Shown here in pieces: positions 1-9,753 of a DNA stretch of 64,000 nucleotides. The DNA is from Phycisphaerae bacterium (GTDB lineage: Bacteria; Planctomycetota; Phycisphaerae; UBA1845; Fen-1342). The translations under genes were made by a program, and so were the position numbers. How positions within the stretch are numbered: the stretch's first letter is position 1; each line of letters opens with the position of its first letter. Where the stretch lies: positions 480,001 through 544,000 of the forward strand of contig CAXXWX010000026.1 of the NCBI GenBank assembly GCA_963675745.2. Reading direction: 5' to 3'. The notes under the pieces are model-generated. The model saw only the letters and a program-made list of their open reading frames with translations, had not been told where the DNA came from and searched no databases.

Positions 1-72
1 GAGGCTCCCGACGACCAGTGCGCCCAGGAGCAGCGCGGCTCGAACCGCCCGAGATGGTCGGGTCAGCGTCAT
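1..72 (-). CDS. 5' fragment of next flagellar export gene, probably FliP (runs off window)
   Basis: ATG at 72 overlaps the fliO stop (ATGA); reads MTLTRPSRAVRAALLLGALVVGSL, signal-like; identity inferred only from fliO-fliP gene order. Confidence 0.45.
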   Translation of the reverse strand, partial: MTLTRPSRAVRAALLLGALVVGSL

Positions 73-878
73 CCAAGCGCCCCCATGCGCGTCCGCAGCC
101 GGTCCAACGTGCCCGCCAGCGCTTGCTTCGCATCCGCAACCGCTGATCGGCCGTCACTTGTGATCAGGCCGTGTACATCGTCATCCGTACCGGCGTAGGC
201 GCCTGATTCGCCGGTCAGACAGCCCTGGAAGGCGGCGGCGCGACTGTCATCCGGCTCATCGACGGACAGGCCCAGCAGGCGCGCGGCAAGAGCCTCGTCC
301 TCTATGACGTTCAGCACATTCATGGAGTCCGGCCCAACGCCGACCAGCACCAGGCGCGGCCCCAACCGCACCAGGCACAGCGATTGTTTCGGGGACAGCG
401 GCGCACGCGCGACGACCTCGATCAGATGGGCTCGACGCGCCTTGCCGAGCAGCGTCATCCGCGTACCCGCGCTGCCGATCAGACGATAGCCCCACATCAG
501 CAACAGGACGAGCCCCACAACAGCGGCCAGCGAGCCGAGCGTTCGCCACCACCCGACACGATGCTGTGACCCGCTGTCGACCACCACCTTGTTTCCAGAA
601 AGCGACGGACGGGACACGGCCAACGACTCCGACGAGTCGGCGTGTGCGGCCTGGATCGGCGCGTCAGACCTGTCGGGCGCGGGTTGGGAAGTCGGAGTAA
701 CTGCTGAAATCGGTGACCGCGGATCAGGAGAGAACCACGTGTCGTCGTCAGCCAGGCTGAGAAGGTCGTGGTCGCCGCGTGCGGCGGTTTCGGCGGGTGG
801 GCTGTCCGCCAGCGCGACTGCCGCCAACAGACCCGCGACCCAGCAGACAATTGCCATCCTTGGCATGCTCGGGCACAT
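69..878 (-). CDS. fliO: Flagellar biosynthesis protein FliO/FliZ
   Basis: TM helix then IEVVARAPLSPKQSLCLVRLGPRLVLVGVG FliO motif; follows fliN; start uncertain. Confidence 0.85.
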   Translation of the reverse strand: MCPSMPRMAIVCWVAGLLAAVALADSPPAETAARGDHDLLSLADDDTWFSPDPRSPISAVTPTSQPAPDRSDAPIQAAHADSSESLAVSRPSLSGNKVVVDSGSQHRVGWWRTLGSLAAVVGLVLLLMWGYRLIGSAGTRMTLLGKARRAHLIEVVARAPLSPKQSLCLVRLGPRLVLVGVGPDSMNVLNVIEDEALAARLLGLSVDEPDDSRAAAFQGCLTGESGAYAGTDDDVHGLITSDGRSAVADAKQALAGTLDRLRTRMGALG

Positions 879-889
879 GGGCGCTACGC

Positions 890-1498
890 TCAGGAAGCCG
901 GGATCGGCGACAGAATGTCGTTAATGCGGACGCAGAAATTCTCGTTGAGCACGAGCACCTCGCCGCGCGCCACAAGCTGTTCGTTGACAAACACGTCGAC
1001 CGGGTCACCGGCGAGCTTGTTTAATTCCACAACCGAGCCGACGCCAAGTCGCAGGACGTCCTCAATGTACATCTCGGTGCGTCCCAGCTCGATTTTGACG
1101 TTCAGTTCGACGTCGTCTAGCAGCTCCAGGCCAGCCAGCTCGTCCGATTCGGTCCCGCCGTCGAAACTGGGCATCTCGAACTCAGCGGCTTGATCGGTGC
1201 CCAGCCGATTGAGCTCGCCGCCCACCAGTGTGGGCTCACCATCGTCTGAGTCCACCTGATCGGCCGCCGCAGGCGAAGGATCGGCGCTGGCGGCGGTCGG
1301 CTCGTCGGCTGTTTCCGCCACCGGTGTGGACACGGCTGCTTCGTCGTCCGTGGCCGGCGCGCCGGCTTCGGTCTGGTCGGCGGGCTCGGCAGCGGCATCC
1401 GGCGAGTCGTCGGGCGTGGCCTGGTCTTCCTGGGACTGGTCAACCGGCTCTTCGGCGGGAACCTGCGTGTCGTTGTCTTCGTCAGCCATCTGGGGCAC
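890..1498 (-). CDS. fliN: Flagellar motor switch protein FliN with long acidic N-terminal extension
   Basis: C-terminal SpoA domain LLDDVELNVKIELGRT...LNKLAGDPVDVFVN...ARGEVLV. Confidence 0.92.
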   Translation of the reverse strand: MPQMADEDNDTQVPAEEPVDQSQEDQATPDDSPDAAAEPADQTEAGAPATDDEAAVSTPVAETADEPTAASADPSPAAADQVDSDDGEPTLVGGELNRLGTDQAAEFEMPSFDGGTESDELAGLELLDDVELNVKIELGRTEMYIEDVLRLGVGSVVELNKLAGDPVDVFVNEQLVARGEVLVLNENFCVRINDILSPIPAS

Positions 1499-1585
1499 AT
1501 CCTTTTGCAGAGGTTAGGTCATCCTGACCGGGACACGTTACTCGTGTCACCTCACGTGCGACGGCGCGGCGCGCCGCGCGGGCTG

Positions 1586-2119
1586 TCAGCCGGTACGGAT
1601 CGGCACGCAACGGGGAATCAGCACTTTTCTGACGATCTCTGTATCGCGCAGCACATCCGAGAGGGCGTGTTCGAACTGGGCACGCAGCGTTTGCAGATCA
1701 TCCTCGCTCAGCACTCGCGGCGTAGCGGCCCGCATGATCTGGGCGGCCCGGTCAGAGATCTCCCCGATGCGTCCGTCGATCATGGTCTTGAGCTCTTCAA
1801 AGCTCTCGTCACTCTCGGCCGGCACAACCACCGTAACGTCGAGGTCGTAGATAATCGTCTGACCGCTCTTGGTATTGGGAACGCGGAAACCGCGCAGGAG
1901 TTCGATCTCCTTGGTGGCCACGTCGCCGTCGGCCGACGCGTCGTCAAGCACGTGCTTGTCGGCCCCGAAGGCATCCTCGGTCCCGCCGCCCATGAATTTG
2001 ATGACACCGAAGAACAAGGCGGCCTCCGCGATGGCCACGCCGGCCACCAACCCAACGGTGAACATCGATCGCTTCGAGCCTGTCTTCTGCTCGGGACTCG
2101 GTGCGGATTCTTCAGCCAT
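1586..2119 (-). CDS. fliL: Flagellar basal body-associated protein FliL
   Basis: N-terminal TM helix, about 177 aa, position before fliN; start at MAEES chosen. Confidence 0.75.
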   Translation of the reverse strand: MAEESAPSPEQKTGSKRSMFTVGLVAGVAIAEAALFFGVIKFMGGGTEDAFGADKHVLDDASADGDVATKEIELLRGFRVPNTKSGQTIIYDLDVTVVVPAESDESFEELKTMIDGRIGEISDRAAQIMRAATPRVLSEDDLQTLRAQFEHALSDVLRDTEIVRKVLIPRCVPIRTG

Positions 2120-2258
2120 GGTGTGCGGCCCCTTCAGTTGCGTCAGTACCAGTGCCAAACCGTCCCTCACGTTATCGACGATTGCGCGTGAGAGGTTCAC
2201 CGGTGCGACGAAGGTGTGGGGCGGCGGCAGGTGTTATCAGACACCTGCGCCGCAAACG

Positions 2259-2273
2259 GCAGCGCTTGCGCCA
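2259..2273 (-). promoter_or_regulatory. Possible sigma54 (-24/-12) promoter for fliL-fliN-fliO
   Basis: Minus strand TGGCGCAAGCGCTGC fits GG-N10-GC in the flbD-fliL gap. Confidence 0.4.
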
Positions 2274-2341
2274 AGCGGGTCGGTTTTGCGCTATGCACCG
2301 GAAGTGACGCCCCGCACGGGCCGCCGGATGCGGACGCGCTC

Positions 2342-2536
2342 TCAGGCAACCTGGAAGGTCCGCACTGAGCGGCCATACTCAATCGCGCGGGACACAACCT
2401 CATCCAGATCTTCCTTGACGACGTATTGCTCGCCGCCGAGCAACGTGATCAGCGTGTCGGGTGTGCGCTCGATGGTCTTTATCTGCTCGGCGTTCAGCAC
2501 GAACTTCCGGTCATTAAGGCGCGTCAGTTGGATCAT
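2342..2536 (-). CDS. flbD: Flagellar FlbD family protein
   Basis: MIQLTRLNDRKFVLNAEQIKTIERTPDTLITLLGGEQYVVKE is the FlbD/YlzI pattern; follows flgE. Confidence 0.9.
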   Translation of the reverse strand: MIQLTRLNDRKFVLNAEQIKTIERTPDTLITLLGGEQYVVKEDLDEVVSRAIEYGRSVRTFQVA

Positions 2537-2556
2537 TGCCTGCTCCCTCGTCGGCA

Positions 2557-4239
2557 CTAGCGAATCAGCAGCAATAGCTGGTTGAGCAAGTCGCTGCTGA
2601 CACTGATCACGCGGCTGGATGCCTGAAAGCCCGTGCTGGCATTGACCAGTCCGATGAATTCCTGGCCCAGGTCGACGTTTGACATCTCCAGCGCCCCGCT
2701 GCGAACCCAGCCGGCGCCGAATTGCCCCGGAACCGTAATCGCCAGCGCCCCGCCGTTCGGGCCGGCCGAGAAGAGGTTCTCGCGCTCGGCTACAAGCCCT
2801 TCGGCATTAGGGAATACCGCCAGCGCCACCTGGCCGAGCGTGCGCGACAGACCATTCGAGAATGTCCCGCTGACAACACCGGTCTTGTCAACCGAATATC
2901 CACTGAGCGTTCCGGGCGGGTAGCCGTCCTGCTCGTTGAGGATCACGTTTGACGTGGCGGTGGAGAGCCCGTGGATACCGTTGAAATCGATGGCGAATGA
3001 CAGCGGTGTGGCGGCTCCGGTCTGGTCGAGATCGAGCGTGATCTGGTTACCGATGACCTCGCGCACATTGCCGTTGGTGTCAAAGGCCACCGTGCCCGTG
3101 CTCAGGGCGCGCGTCTCACCGCTGGCCTCGGGGGATTCCACAAAGAACCGCCAGACCGGGCCCAGGTTCGGTTTGTCTTCGAGTGCGAACGTCACCTGCA
3201 CCGAGACCGGCGTGCCCAGCGAGTCATACACCGTGAATCCGGTGAAGAGTGACGAGCCGTTGGCCGCCGCGTCCTGCGTGAACTGGAACGGCAGAGGCGT
3301 GGTTGCGTTCGTGCTGGTCATGTCGTTGTTGGCGATTGTGATGCTGTTCTGAGTGCCGGCATTGCTGCGTACCACCAGCGCCCCGTTCTCGACCAGCACG
3401 CCCGGATCGCCCGGAACGCCGGCGATATCCTGAACGCCCAGCACATTCTGTAACCAGGTGGCGTAATCGCCGAGCGTCGTTCCATCGGTGCCCACGACAA
3501 ACGTCTCGGCGGGCAGCTCGCGATCGCCTTTGGCCACGCCCGAGAGCGTGATCGTGTCACCGTCTACGAAGAGCAGCGTATCGGGCGCGTCGGCGGAACG
3601 CAGGTCGGTCAGCGCGGTTGTGTCGGTGGCCGCCGCCCCACCGCCGGCCACCAGCGCCTGTGACGAGGTCTGGGACGATTGTGCGGACACCGCCCCCTCA
3701 GCGCTCAGGTCACCGTCCAGCGAGACATTCTCGGTCGCATGTGCCACGGTCGTCGAGCCAAGCGGCACGACGATATCCTGGATCGTGGTGGGGTTTATGT
3801 TATACGCGTCATCGACGCCATAGCCTTGCACGCGGTATCCGTCGGCGCTGACGAGTTGATTGATGGCATCGAGTGAAAAGGCACCGTCGCGCGTGAAGCG
3901 TGTGTCGTTTTCAGCCGTCTGGAGAATGAAGAACCCATCCCCCTCGATAGCCAGGTCGCCGACGAGTCCGGTAGTCTCGATCGGCCCGTCGCCAAACATC
4001 TGCTGCGTGGTTCCGACGATCACGCCGTGCCCGACCTGCATCGGGTTAACGCCACCCAGCTCGTCGCTCGGCGCCGTACCGGCCTGCAGCGTCTCGTAGA
4101 ACTGCGTCTGAAAGAGCGTGCGCGAGCCCTTGAATGCGGTTGTGTTGACGTTGGCGATGTTGTGGCCGATGGTGTCGATCCGCGTCTGGTTGGCACTCAG
4201 TCCGCTCAGGCCGGTGTACATCGCTGATGACAAACCCAT
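2557..4239 (-). CDS. flgE: Flagellar hook protein FlgE
   Basis: N-terminal GHNIANVNTTAFK, TRDGAF, C-terminal LEMSNVDL; 560 aa. Confidence 0.95.
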   Translation of the reverse strand: MGLSSAMYTGLSGLSANQTRIDTIGHNIANVNTTAFKGSRTLFQTQFYETLQAGTAPSDELGGVNPMQVGHGVIVGTTQQMFGDGPIETTGLVGDLAIEGDGFFILQTAENDTRFTRDGAFSLDAINQLVSADGYRVQGYGVDDAYNINPTTIQDIVVPLGSTTVAHATENVSLDGDLSAEGAVSAQSSQTSSQALVAGGGAAATDTTALTDLRSADAPDTLLFVDGDTITLSGVAKGDRELPAETFVVGTDGTTLGDYATWLQNVLGVQDIAGVPGDPGVLVENGALVVRSNAGTQNSITIANNDMTSTNATTPLPFQFTQDAAANGSSLFTGFTVYDSLGTPVSVQVTFALEDKPNLGPVWRFFVESPEASGETRALSTGTVAFDTNGNVREVIGNQITLDLDQTGAATPLSFAIDFNGIHGLSTATSNVILNEQDGYPPGTLSGYSVDKTGVVSGTFSNGLSRTLGQVALAVFPNAEGLVAERENLFSAGPNGGALAITVPGQFGAGWVRSGALEMSNVDLGQEFIGLVNASTGFQASSRVISVSSDLLNQLLLLIR

Positions 4240-4373
4240 GGTCGTTCCTCGTTATGGCGCGGTGCGCCGCATCTGACTACTCTCGGCCACCTCGCGCGAC
4301 CGGCGCGGCGCCGGCCGTCACACAGTCACCAAACCGCGACCCTGCGCCCGAAGCCTGTCTGGCGGAATCCGCG

Positions 4374-4952
4374 CTAGAGACGCAGTGTGCCGTCCAGTTG
4401 CAGCCAGCTCGGCTTCGCCGTGTTTTCCTGCTTCGCGGCACTGTCTGCGCTCGCGTCGGCGGAGTTGTCGTCGTCCGCCGTCTCATCCGCACCCGCCAGC
4501 GCTTCAACTCCCATCCGCTCCAACCCTTCGAGCGTAGAGATCAACTCCACATCCTGTGCGCCGATCGTCTGGCCAGTATCCAGCTCCAGCACCACCTGCC
4601 CGTCAGCCGCGAACTTCACCGCGGTGACAACACCTGACACGAGCTGCACGGAGCCGTCCGACTGCTCGACCTGGCCCTCGACATACTTGCCCACCAGGTC
4701 CGCGGCTCCCAGGTTGCGCTGCTGGTCGGTCATGAGTTGCAGTGTGTCTGTAAGCTGCCCGGACAGCTCAATACTGCGAATCTGAGAGACCTGGCTGATC
4801 ATGTCAGCGGTCTTCTGCGGCTCGAACGGATCCTGATTCTTGAGCTCGGTGACGAGCAGCTCGAAGAAGTCCTCGCTGTTCATGCTGCCGAAGCTGCTGT
4901 CCGAAGTCTGCGCAGCGGCCCCAACGCCCGCCGCGATCGCACTGGTCTGCAT
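4374..4952 (-). CDS. flgD: Flagellar hook capping protein FlgD
   Basis: FFELLVTELKNQDPFEP motif. Confidence 0.93.
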   Translation of the reverse strand: MQTSAIAAGVGAAAQTSDSSFGSMNSEDFFELLVTELKNQDPFEPQKTADMISQVSQIRSIELSGQLTDTLQLMTDQQRNLGAADLVGKYVEGQVEQSDGSVQLVSGVVTAVKFAADGQVVLELDTGQTIGAQDVELISTLEGLERMGVEALAGADETADDDNSADASADSAAKQENTAKPSWLQLDGTLRL

Positions 4953-5001
4953 TGCCCTGACCCTGTCAGCATGGGGCCCGCGCAAGCGGCGCTCCGCGCG
5001 C

Positions 5002-6300
5002 CTACGCTACAATGTTCACCAGCGACTCCGCCGCCGGCCCTGGTTCTGGGAGGCCATCCGTGGCCACTTCGCGGTCGTCAGGTTCCGACGCCGCCTGGTG
5101 GGAGTCCATTCCCGCGGACGAATGCTCCGCATTCGCGTGTGCCGCGCCCTGGTGACCCTCCTGGTCGGTCGCGGCCTGCTGCGATCCATCGGAGTCGAGC
5201 GAGACATCGGCGGTTGCGACGAGAGGTCGCAGCTCGACCCGCTCCAACTGGATCCCGGCGGACTCCATTCCTTGCCGGAGTGATTCCACATGATCTCTAA
5301 GCAAGCGGTGTGCCAGTTTGTTGTCCGCTTCGATGCTCAAGGTGACGGATTGCTGCTGGGTTTGCAGTTCGACGCGTATTTTTCCCAGCGCGGGCGGGTC
5401 GAGGCGTATTACCGCGCGCGCCCGATCGTGCCCAATCTGCGTGCGCACAAAGCGCATGATCCGCTCGATGTTCGCGTCATTCTTGCTCGCCGATGTATCC
5501 GGCGCCGGCTTGGCGCGGACCGCCGACACGGCGGCCGGACGCGCCGCGTCTCGGGCCGACTGTGGGGCGCCGACCGTATTGGTGAGTCGGCCGGCCGCGG
5601 ACTGGACCGAGGACGTCGACGGCGCGGTGCGTGACACGGCCACGGTCGCCGATGAACTCGTTGGCGCTGCCTCAACGCTCGAAACCGCGCGGGCGGTGGG
5701 TACCGCGAACGTCTGTGGTGTCGCCGGCCGGCCCGCGGTGTCACCTGTCTGAGCGCGCGCCGGCGTGCTGCCCGGCAATGAGATATCACGGGTGGCCGAA
5801 CGCGGTGATTCGACAACCTCACGCCGATGCGCGCGCGCCGGCGGCGCCTCTGATTTGCCAGCCTGGGAATCCCCCTCGGCTTCAGAATTCTGGGCGGGCA
5901 CTGGGGGAGACTGTGGCGCGGGACGCGGCGCCGACGCGCGATTCTCTTGCCGACTCAGCGAGGCATCTTCGAGCGCCTGCTGAAAGGCCGCCTGCTCGCG
6001 CACAATGCCCTGACGCTGGGCCAGCCCCCCCTCACGCCGCTCCCAGGCGCGGCTTCCGACTTCCATGCCGCGTTCCGACTGCATGACGTCGGCGAACATC
6101 TGGGCCGCCCCCGAAGCGGCGTGCTCGTCATTGGCGCGCGCCTCGCGCTCGCGGCGCTCGTCGGGAGACTCGCGATCGCTCCGGCCGGGATCGAGCGGCT
6201 GAAGGCGAATTCCCATCAGTTGCCCTGCGACCGGGAGCAGCGCGTGCGCGGCGCCGCCCGCTGCAAGGCCGCCCGCAACGGGTGGCCGATTGACCTGCAT
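5002..6300 (-). CDS. fliK: Flagellar hook-length control protein FliK
   Basis: Low-complexity N/middle region and C-terminal IRLDPPALGKIRVEL motif. Confidence 0.88.
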   Translation of the reverse strand: MQVNRPPVAGGLAAGGAAHALLPVAGQLMGIRLQPLDPGRSDRESPDERREREARANDEHAASGAAQMFADVMQSERGMEVGSRAWERREGGLAQRQGIVREQAAFQQALEDASLSRQENRASAPRPAPQSPPVPAQNSEAEGDSQAGKSEAPPARAHRREVVESPRSATRDISLPGSTPARAQTGDTAGRPATPQTFAVPTARAVSSVEAAPTSSSATVAVSRTAPSTSSVQSAAGRLTNTVGAPQSARDAARPAAVSAVRAKPAPDTSASKNDANIERIMRFVRTQIGHDRARAVIRLDPPALGKIRVELQTQQQSVTLSIEADNKLAHRLLRDHVESLRQGMESAGIQLERVELRPLVATADVSLDSDGSQQAATDQEGHQGAAHANAEHSSAGMDSHQAASEPDDREVATDGLPEPGPAAESLVNIVA

Positions 6301-6311
6301 GCCAACACCTG

Positions 6312-7013
6312 TCAGCCGGTGTTGCCGCCAGTCTTCCCTGACTCAGGGGCAAACGAATCGAGTTCCAGCAAACGCAGCCGCTCCAGCAGCCCGTTCATGA
6401 CTTGGGTTTCCTCGGCAGTTTTGAACTGATCGAGGATCCGCTGACGCCGCGAGGGTGACAACGCATTCAGCATGCGCACGGCGTCGGCCGGCTCCTTGTT
6501 CCACATGAAGATGAAGTGTTCCTTGGCCTGCTTGGGCGCCATCTTCTCGACGGTCTCCAGCGCGGCCTTGAAGCCCTCCTCCACCACGGCGTTTCGCAGA
6601 CGATCCTGCTCCCCGATCCACGCCTGACGCCGCGCGTCAAACTGCTCGCCGCGTGTGATCAGCTCCTGGAGAGTCTGGTCGAGCAGCTCCTTGCGTGCCG
6701 CCAGATCACCCATGGCGCGCTCGAACCGGGCGTCGAGCAGTTGCTGCTCGTCGAGTTGCGCACGCAGCGCGTCGGCGGTGCGTTGACCGGTCGGCAACGG
6801 CTGATCCTGCTGCGGATCGGCCGCATCGGCACCCTCGGGGTCGTTCGGTTCGGCAAACAGGTCATCATGCTGACCACGCAGCGTCTCGACCATCACGTTC
6901 CAGCGCTGGGGCGTGAGATGGTCGGCGCTAACCAGGTAGCCCACGATCCCGCTCGTGGAGAGGATCGTGGCGATGCAGAAGACCGCTATTGCGCTGTAGA
7001 GTTTTCCCATCAT
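6312..7013 (-). CDS. MotE/FlbB/YlxF-like flagellar protein
   Basis: N-terminal TM, coiled coil, EKMAPKQA...AVRMLNAL helical motif; located between fliJ and fliK. Confidence 0.7.
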   Translation of the reverse strand: MMGKLYSAIAVFCIATILSTSGIVGYLVSADHLTPQRWNVMVETLRGQHDDLFAEPNDPEGADAADPQQDQPLPTGQRTADALRAQLDEQQLLDARFERAMGDLAARKELLDQTLQELITRGEQFDARRQAWIGEQDRLRNAVVEEGFKAALETVEKMAPKQAKEHFIFMWNKEPADAVRMLNALSPSRRQRILDQFKTAEETQVMNGLLERLRLLELDSFAPESGKTGGNTG

Positions 7014-7042
7014 CGCTAATCACTCGGCGGCCGGAGCGCAGC

Positions 7043-7510
7043 TCACGGCGCGCGAAACAGCGTCGTCGAACTCCCGTGCAACCGGCGCGCCACTTCATCG
7101 GTCTCGGCCTGGGTCTGCTTACGCACCTGGTGCTGATGGGCCTGCCAGCGCCGCTCGCGCAGCTTCTCTATGATGCGGACGTTCTTGTGCGCCTCGCGCC
7201 AGGCGTCCTGTAATTTCTCGAGTTCCGTGCGCAGCGCGGCCTTTTGCAGCTCCGCGCGGGTAATCACGCCTTGCTGGTGCGCGATCCATGCCCGCCCGCG
7301 CACCACGCCCGTCGTATCAAGCGCCGCCTGGCGCTGCCGCCCGAGCAGGGCCTGACGCTCGCGCTCGATAGCGGCGATGGCCTCATCACGCTGGCGTTCA
7401 GTCCGCGCAATCTCCGCCTGTTTCGCGGCAACTTTGCGCTCGGCGTCCTGCTCGCGCAGCTCGCGCACACGCAACAGTGTCGCCAATCGGAATACGAAGC
7501 GCTTCGCCAC
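7043..7510 (-). CDS. fliJ: Flagellar export protein FliJ
   Basis: FVFRLATLLRVRELRE N-terminus, IIEKLRER...Q..TDE C-terminus; follows fliI. Confidence 0.9.
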   Translation of the reverse strand: MAKRFVFRLATLLRVRELREQDAERKVAAKQAEIARTERQRDEAIAAIERERQALLGRQRQAALDTTGVVRGRAWIAHQQGVITRAELQKAALRTELEKLQDAWREAHKNVRIIEKLRERRWQAHQHQVRKQTQAETDEVARRLHGSSTTLFRAP

Positions 7511-7516
7511 GCGGGA

Positions 7517-8959
7517 CTACTCCTTCTGAGCCCGGGCCTCGACTGGCCGACGTTTCTCCGCACCGGTCGCCGGCTGTTTCTTGATGATTGAATCACGCGT
7601 TTGATTGATCGCCGCGGCCAGTGACATGAGCTCCGCCCGGCTTTGCTCGAAGTCAGCGCCGCTGCCGCGATCCTGGCGCAGGTATTCATCGATCAGCTCG
7701 CGGGTTTGGACGGCGACGTCGTAGTCCGCGTTGGCTCCCGGCACGTAGGCGCCGATGCTGACCAGATCCTCGATCTCGTGCCAAACCGAAAGCACCTGGC
7801 GCACGCTCGCGGCCGCCTCCCGCTGTGGCGCGTCCACGACATCGTCAGCCACGCGGCTGATGCTGCCCAGCACGTCAATCGCCGGATAGTGCCCGCGGTT
7901 AGCCAGTCGGCGGGCCAGCCAGATGTGGCCATCCAACACGCCACGGGCGGCGTCGGCCAGTGGCTCATCGATGTCGTCGCCTTCGACCAGTACCGTGTAG
8001 ATGCCGGTGATGCTGCCACGTTGCGTGCGCCCGGCGCGCTCCAGCAGTCTGGGCAGCATCGCGAAGACGCTGGGAGGATAACCCTTGGCCGTCGGCGGCT
8101 CGCCCGCCGCCAGGCCGATCTGACGCTGGGCCATGGCGAAGCGCGTCAGTGAGTCCACCATCAGCAACACATCGAGGCCCTGGTCACGGAAGTATTCGGC
8201 GATGGCCGTCGCGTGCAGACATACGCGCACGCGCAGGGCCGGCGGGGCGTCAGATGTGCAGACCACAACCACGCTGCGGGCCAGGCCCGACGGGCCCAAC
8301 TGCTCGCGCACAAAGTCTCCGACCTCGCGGCCGCGCTCACCCACCAGGACCACCACATTCACATCCGCGCGCGTGTGCCGGCAGATCATCCCCATCAGGA
8401 TGCTCTTGCCCACACCGGTGCCGGCGAAGATGCCGAATCGCTGGCCGCGCCCAGCGGTGAGCAGCCCGTCAATCGCGCGCACGCCCAGCGCCAAAGGTTC
8501 TTCAATCGGTCGCCTCTGCATCGCCGGTGGCGCATCGCAGATCAGCGGATAGCGGACATTGAGCAGTGGCGTCGGACCGTGATCCAGTGGCCGGCCCTGC
8601 GCATCAATCACACGCCCCAACAGGTCAGCGCCGACCGGCACGCGCGCCGGCCCCGACCGGCAAATCACCGCGTCTCCCGGCGCAACCCCCGTTGACTCAC
8701 CAAACACCGACAGCAATGTCTGCCCGGCCAGCAAACCAACACTCTCGGCTTCGACGCTCCCGTGTCGGCGCGTCCGGATCTCGCAACGCGCGCCAATCGG
8801 CACCGGCAAGCCGGTGGCACCGATCGTCATTCCCCGCACCGATGCCACCTCGCCGGTTATCGACTCGCTGATTGTCCCGGCCACCTCGTCCGCCAGGGCC
8901 TCGAACAAGCCTACGGCCGGATCGGTGCCATCAATCGTCTCGGCGTGAGCGCGCATCAA
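7517..8959 (-). CDS. fliI: Flagellum-specific ATPase FliI
   Basis: Walker A AGTGVGKS, GERGREV, DSLTRFAMAQR. Confidence 0.96.
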   Translation of the reverse strand: MMRAHAETIDGTDPAVGLFEALADEVAGTISESITGEVASVRGMTIGATGLPVPIGARCEIRTRRHGSVEAESVGLLAGQTLLSVFGESTGVAPGDAVICRSGPARVPVGADLLGRVIDAQGRPLDHGPTPLLNVRYPLICDAPPAMQRRPIEEPLALGVRAIDGLLTAGRGQRFGIFAGTGVGKSILMGMICRHTRADVNVVVLVGERGREVGDFVREQLGPSGLARSVVVVCTSDAPPALRVRVCLHATAIAEYFRDQGLDVLLMVDSLTRFAMAQRQIGLAAGEPPTAKGYPPSVFAMLPRLLERAGRTQRGSITGIYTVLVEGDDIDEPLADAARGVLDGHIWLARRLANRGHYPAIDVLGSISRVADDVVDAPQREAAASVRQVLSVWHEIEDLVSIGAYVPGANADYDVAVQTRELIDEYLRQDRGSGADFEQSRAELMSLAAAINQTRDSIIKKQPATGAEKRRPVEARAQKE

Positions 8960-9753
8960 TCATCCCCCCCCGCTCCTTCTTCGCCGGCCTCACCGCGCAA
9001 GGCCGCCGCCACCCGCTCCAACTGAGTTTCTATCCGCGCATCGATCGTCACGCCTCGACCGCGCAGCACGCACCCACCGGAACCCACGTCCGCGTCAGCC
9101 ACGACCGTGACGTGGTCGAGGCTCTCGCAATGCGTCACGAACTCCGCGACCCATTCGGCCAGATCGTCGCGGTCGCGCGGATTAACGTGCAGGTCGAGGT
9201 CGCCTTGTTCACCACACATCTCCAGCAGACAACGGGCATTGGCCTTGGCCGCTTCAATCAGCGCCGGCGGCTCGAGTTTGCAGACACGCGTGGCGATGGC
9301 GAGCGCCAGTTCGATGGTGCCGGTTTCCGCGGCGGCGAGCAAACGGTGTTTGCGCGCGTCAAAATCGGCCAGCGCGCTGCTTAGCACGTTGATCACGCGC
9401 TGGGCCTGTTCGCGTGTTTCGGCAAACACGGCGTCACGTGCTTCCCGCTGCGCCTCGGCGGTCCCGGCCTCATAACCTTCGCGCTGGCCGCGTTCCGCGG
9501 CTTCCCGCTGAAGCTGGGCGATCTGCTCGCGCGCGTCGAGACGGGCTTGCGCAATCAGGGCGGCCGCCTGGGCGCGGGCGTCGGCGATTAACTTCTCGGC
9601 GCGCTTCTCGAGATCGTGAAATGAGAACGGGCTTGTGGTGGCGAGTTGCTCGCGTTTGATCACGCAGCCCATCGGCAGCGCCTCCTGGCCCGATCCGTGC
9701 TCGCCGGCAAGTGGGAGCGGCTTGATGCCCTCACGCGGCAGAACACTAGACAA
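8956..9753 (-). CDS. fliH: Flagellar assembly protein FliH
   Basis: GxxxG repeats (GQREGYEAG), VNPRD, GGCVL...IDARIETQL; between fliG and fliI. Confidence 0.9.
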   Translation of the reverse strand: MSSVLPREGIKPLPLAGEHGSGQEALPMGCVIKREQLATTSPFSFHDLEKRAEKLIADARAQAAALIAQARLDAREQIAQLQREAAERGQREGYEAGTAEAQREARDAVFAETREQAQRVINVLSSALADFDARKHRLLAAAETGTIELALAIATRVCKLEPPALIEAAKANARCLLEMCGEQGDLDLHVNPRDRDDLAEWVAEFVTHCESLDHVTVVADADVGSGGCVLRGRGVTIDARIETQLERVAAALRGEAGEEGAGGDD

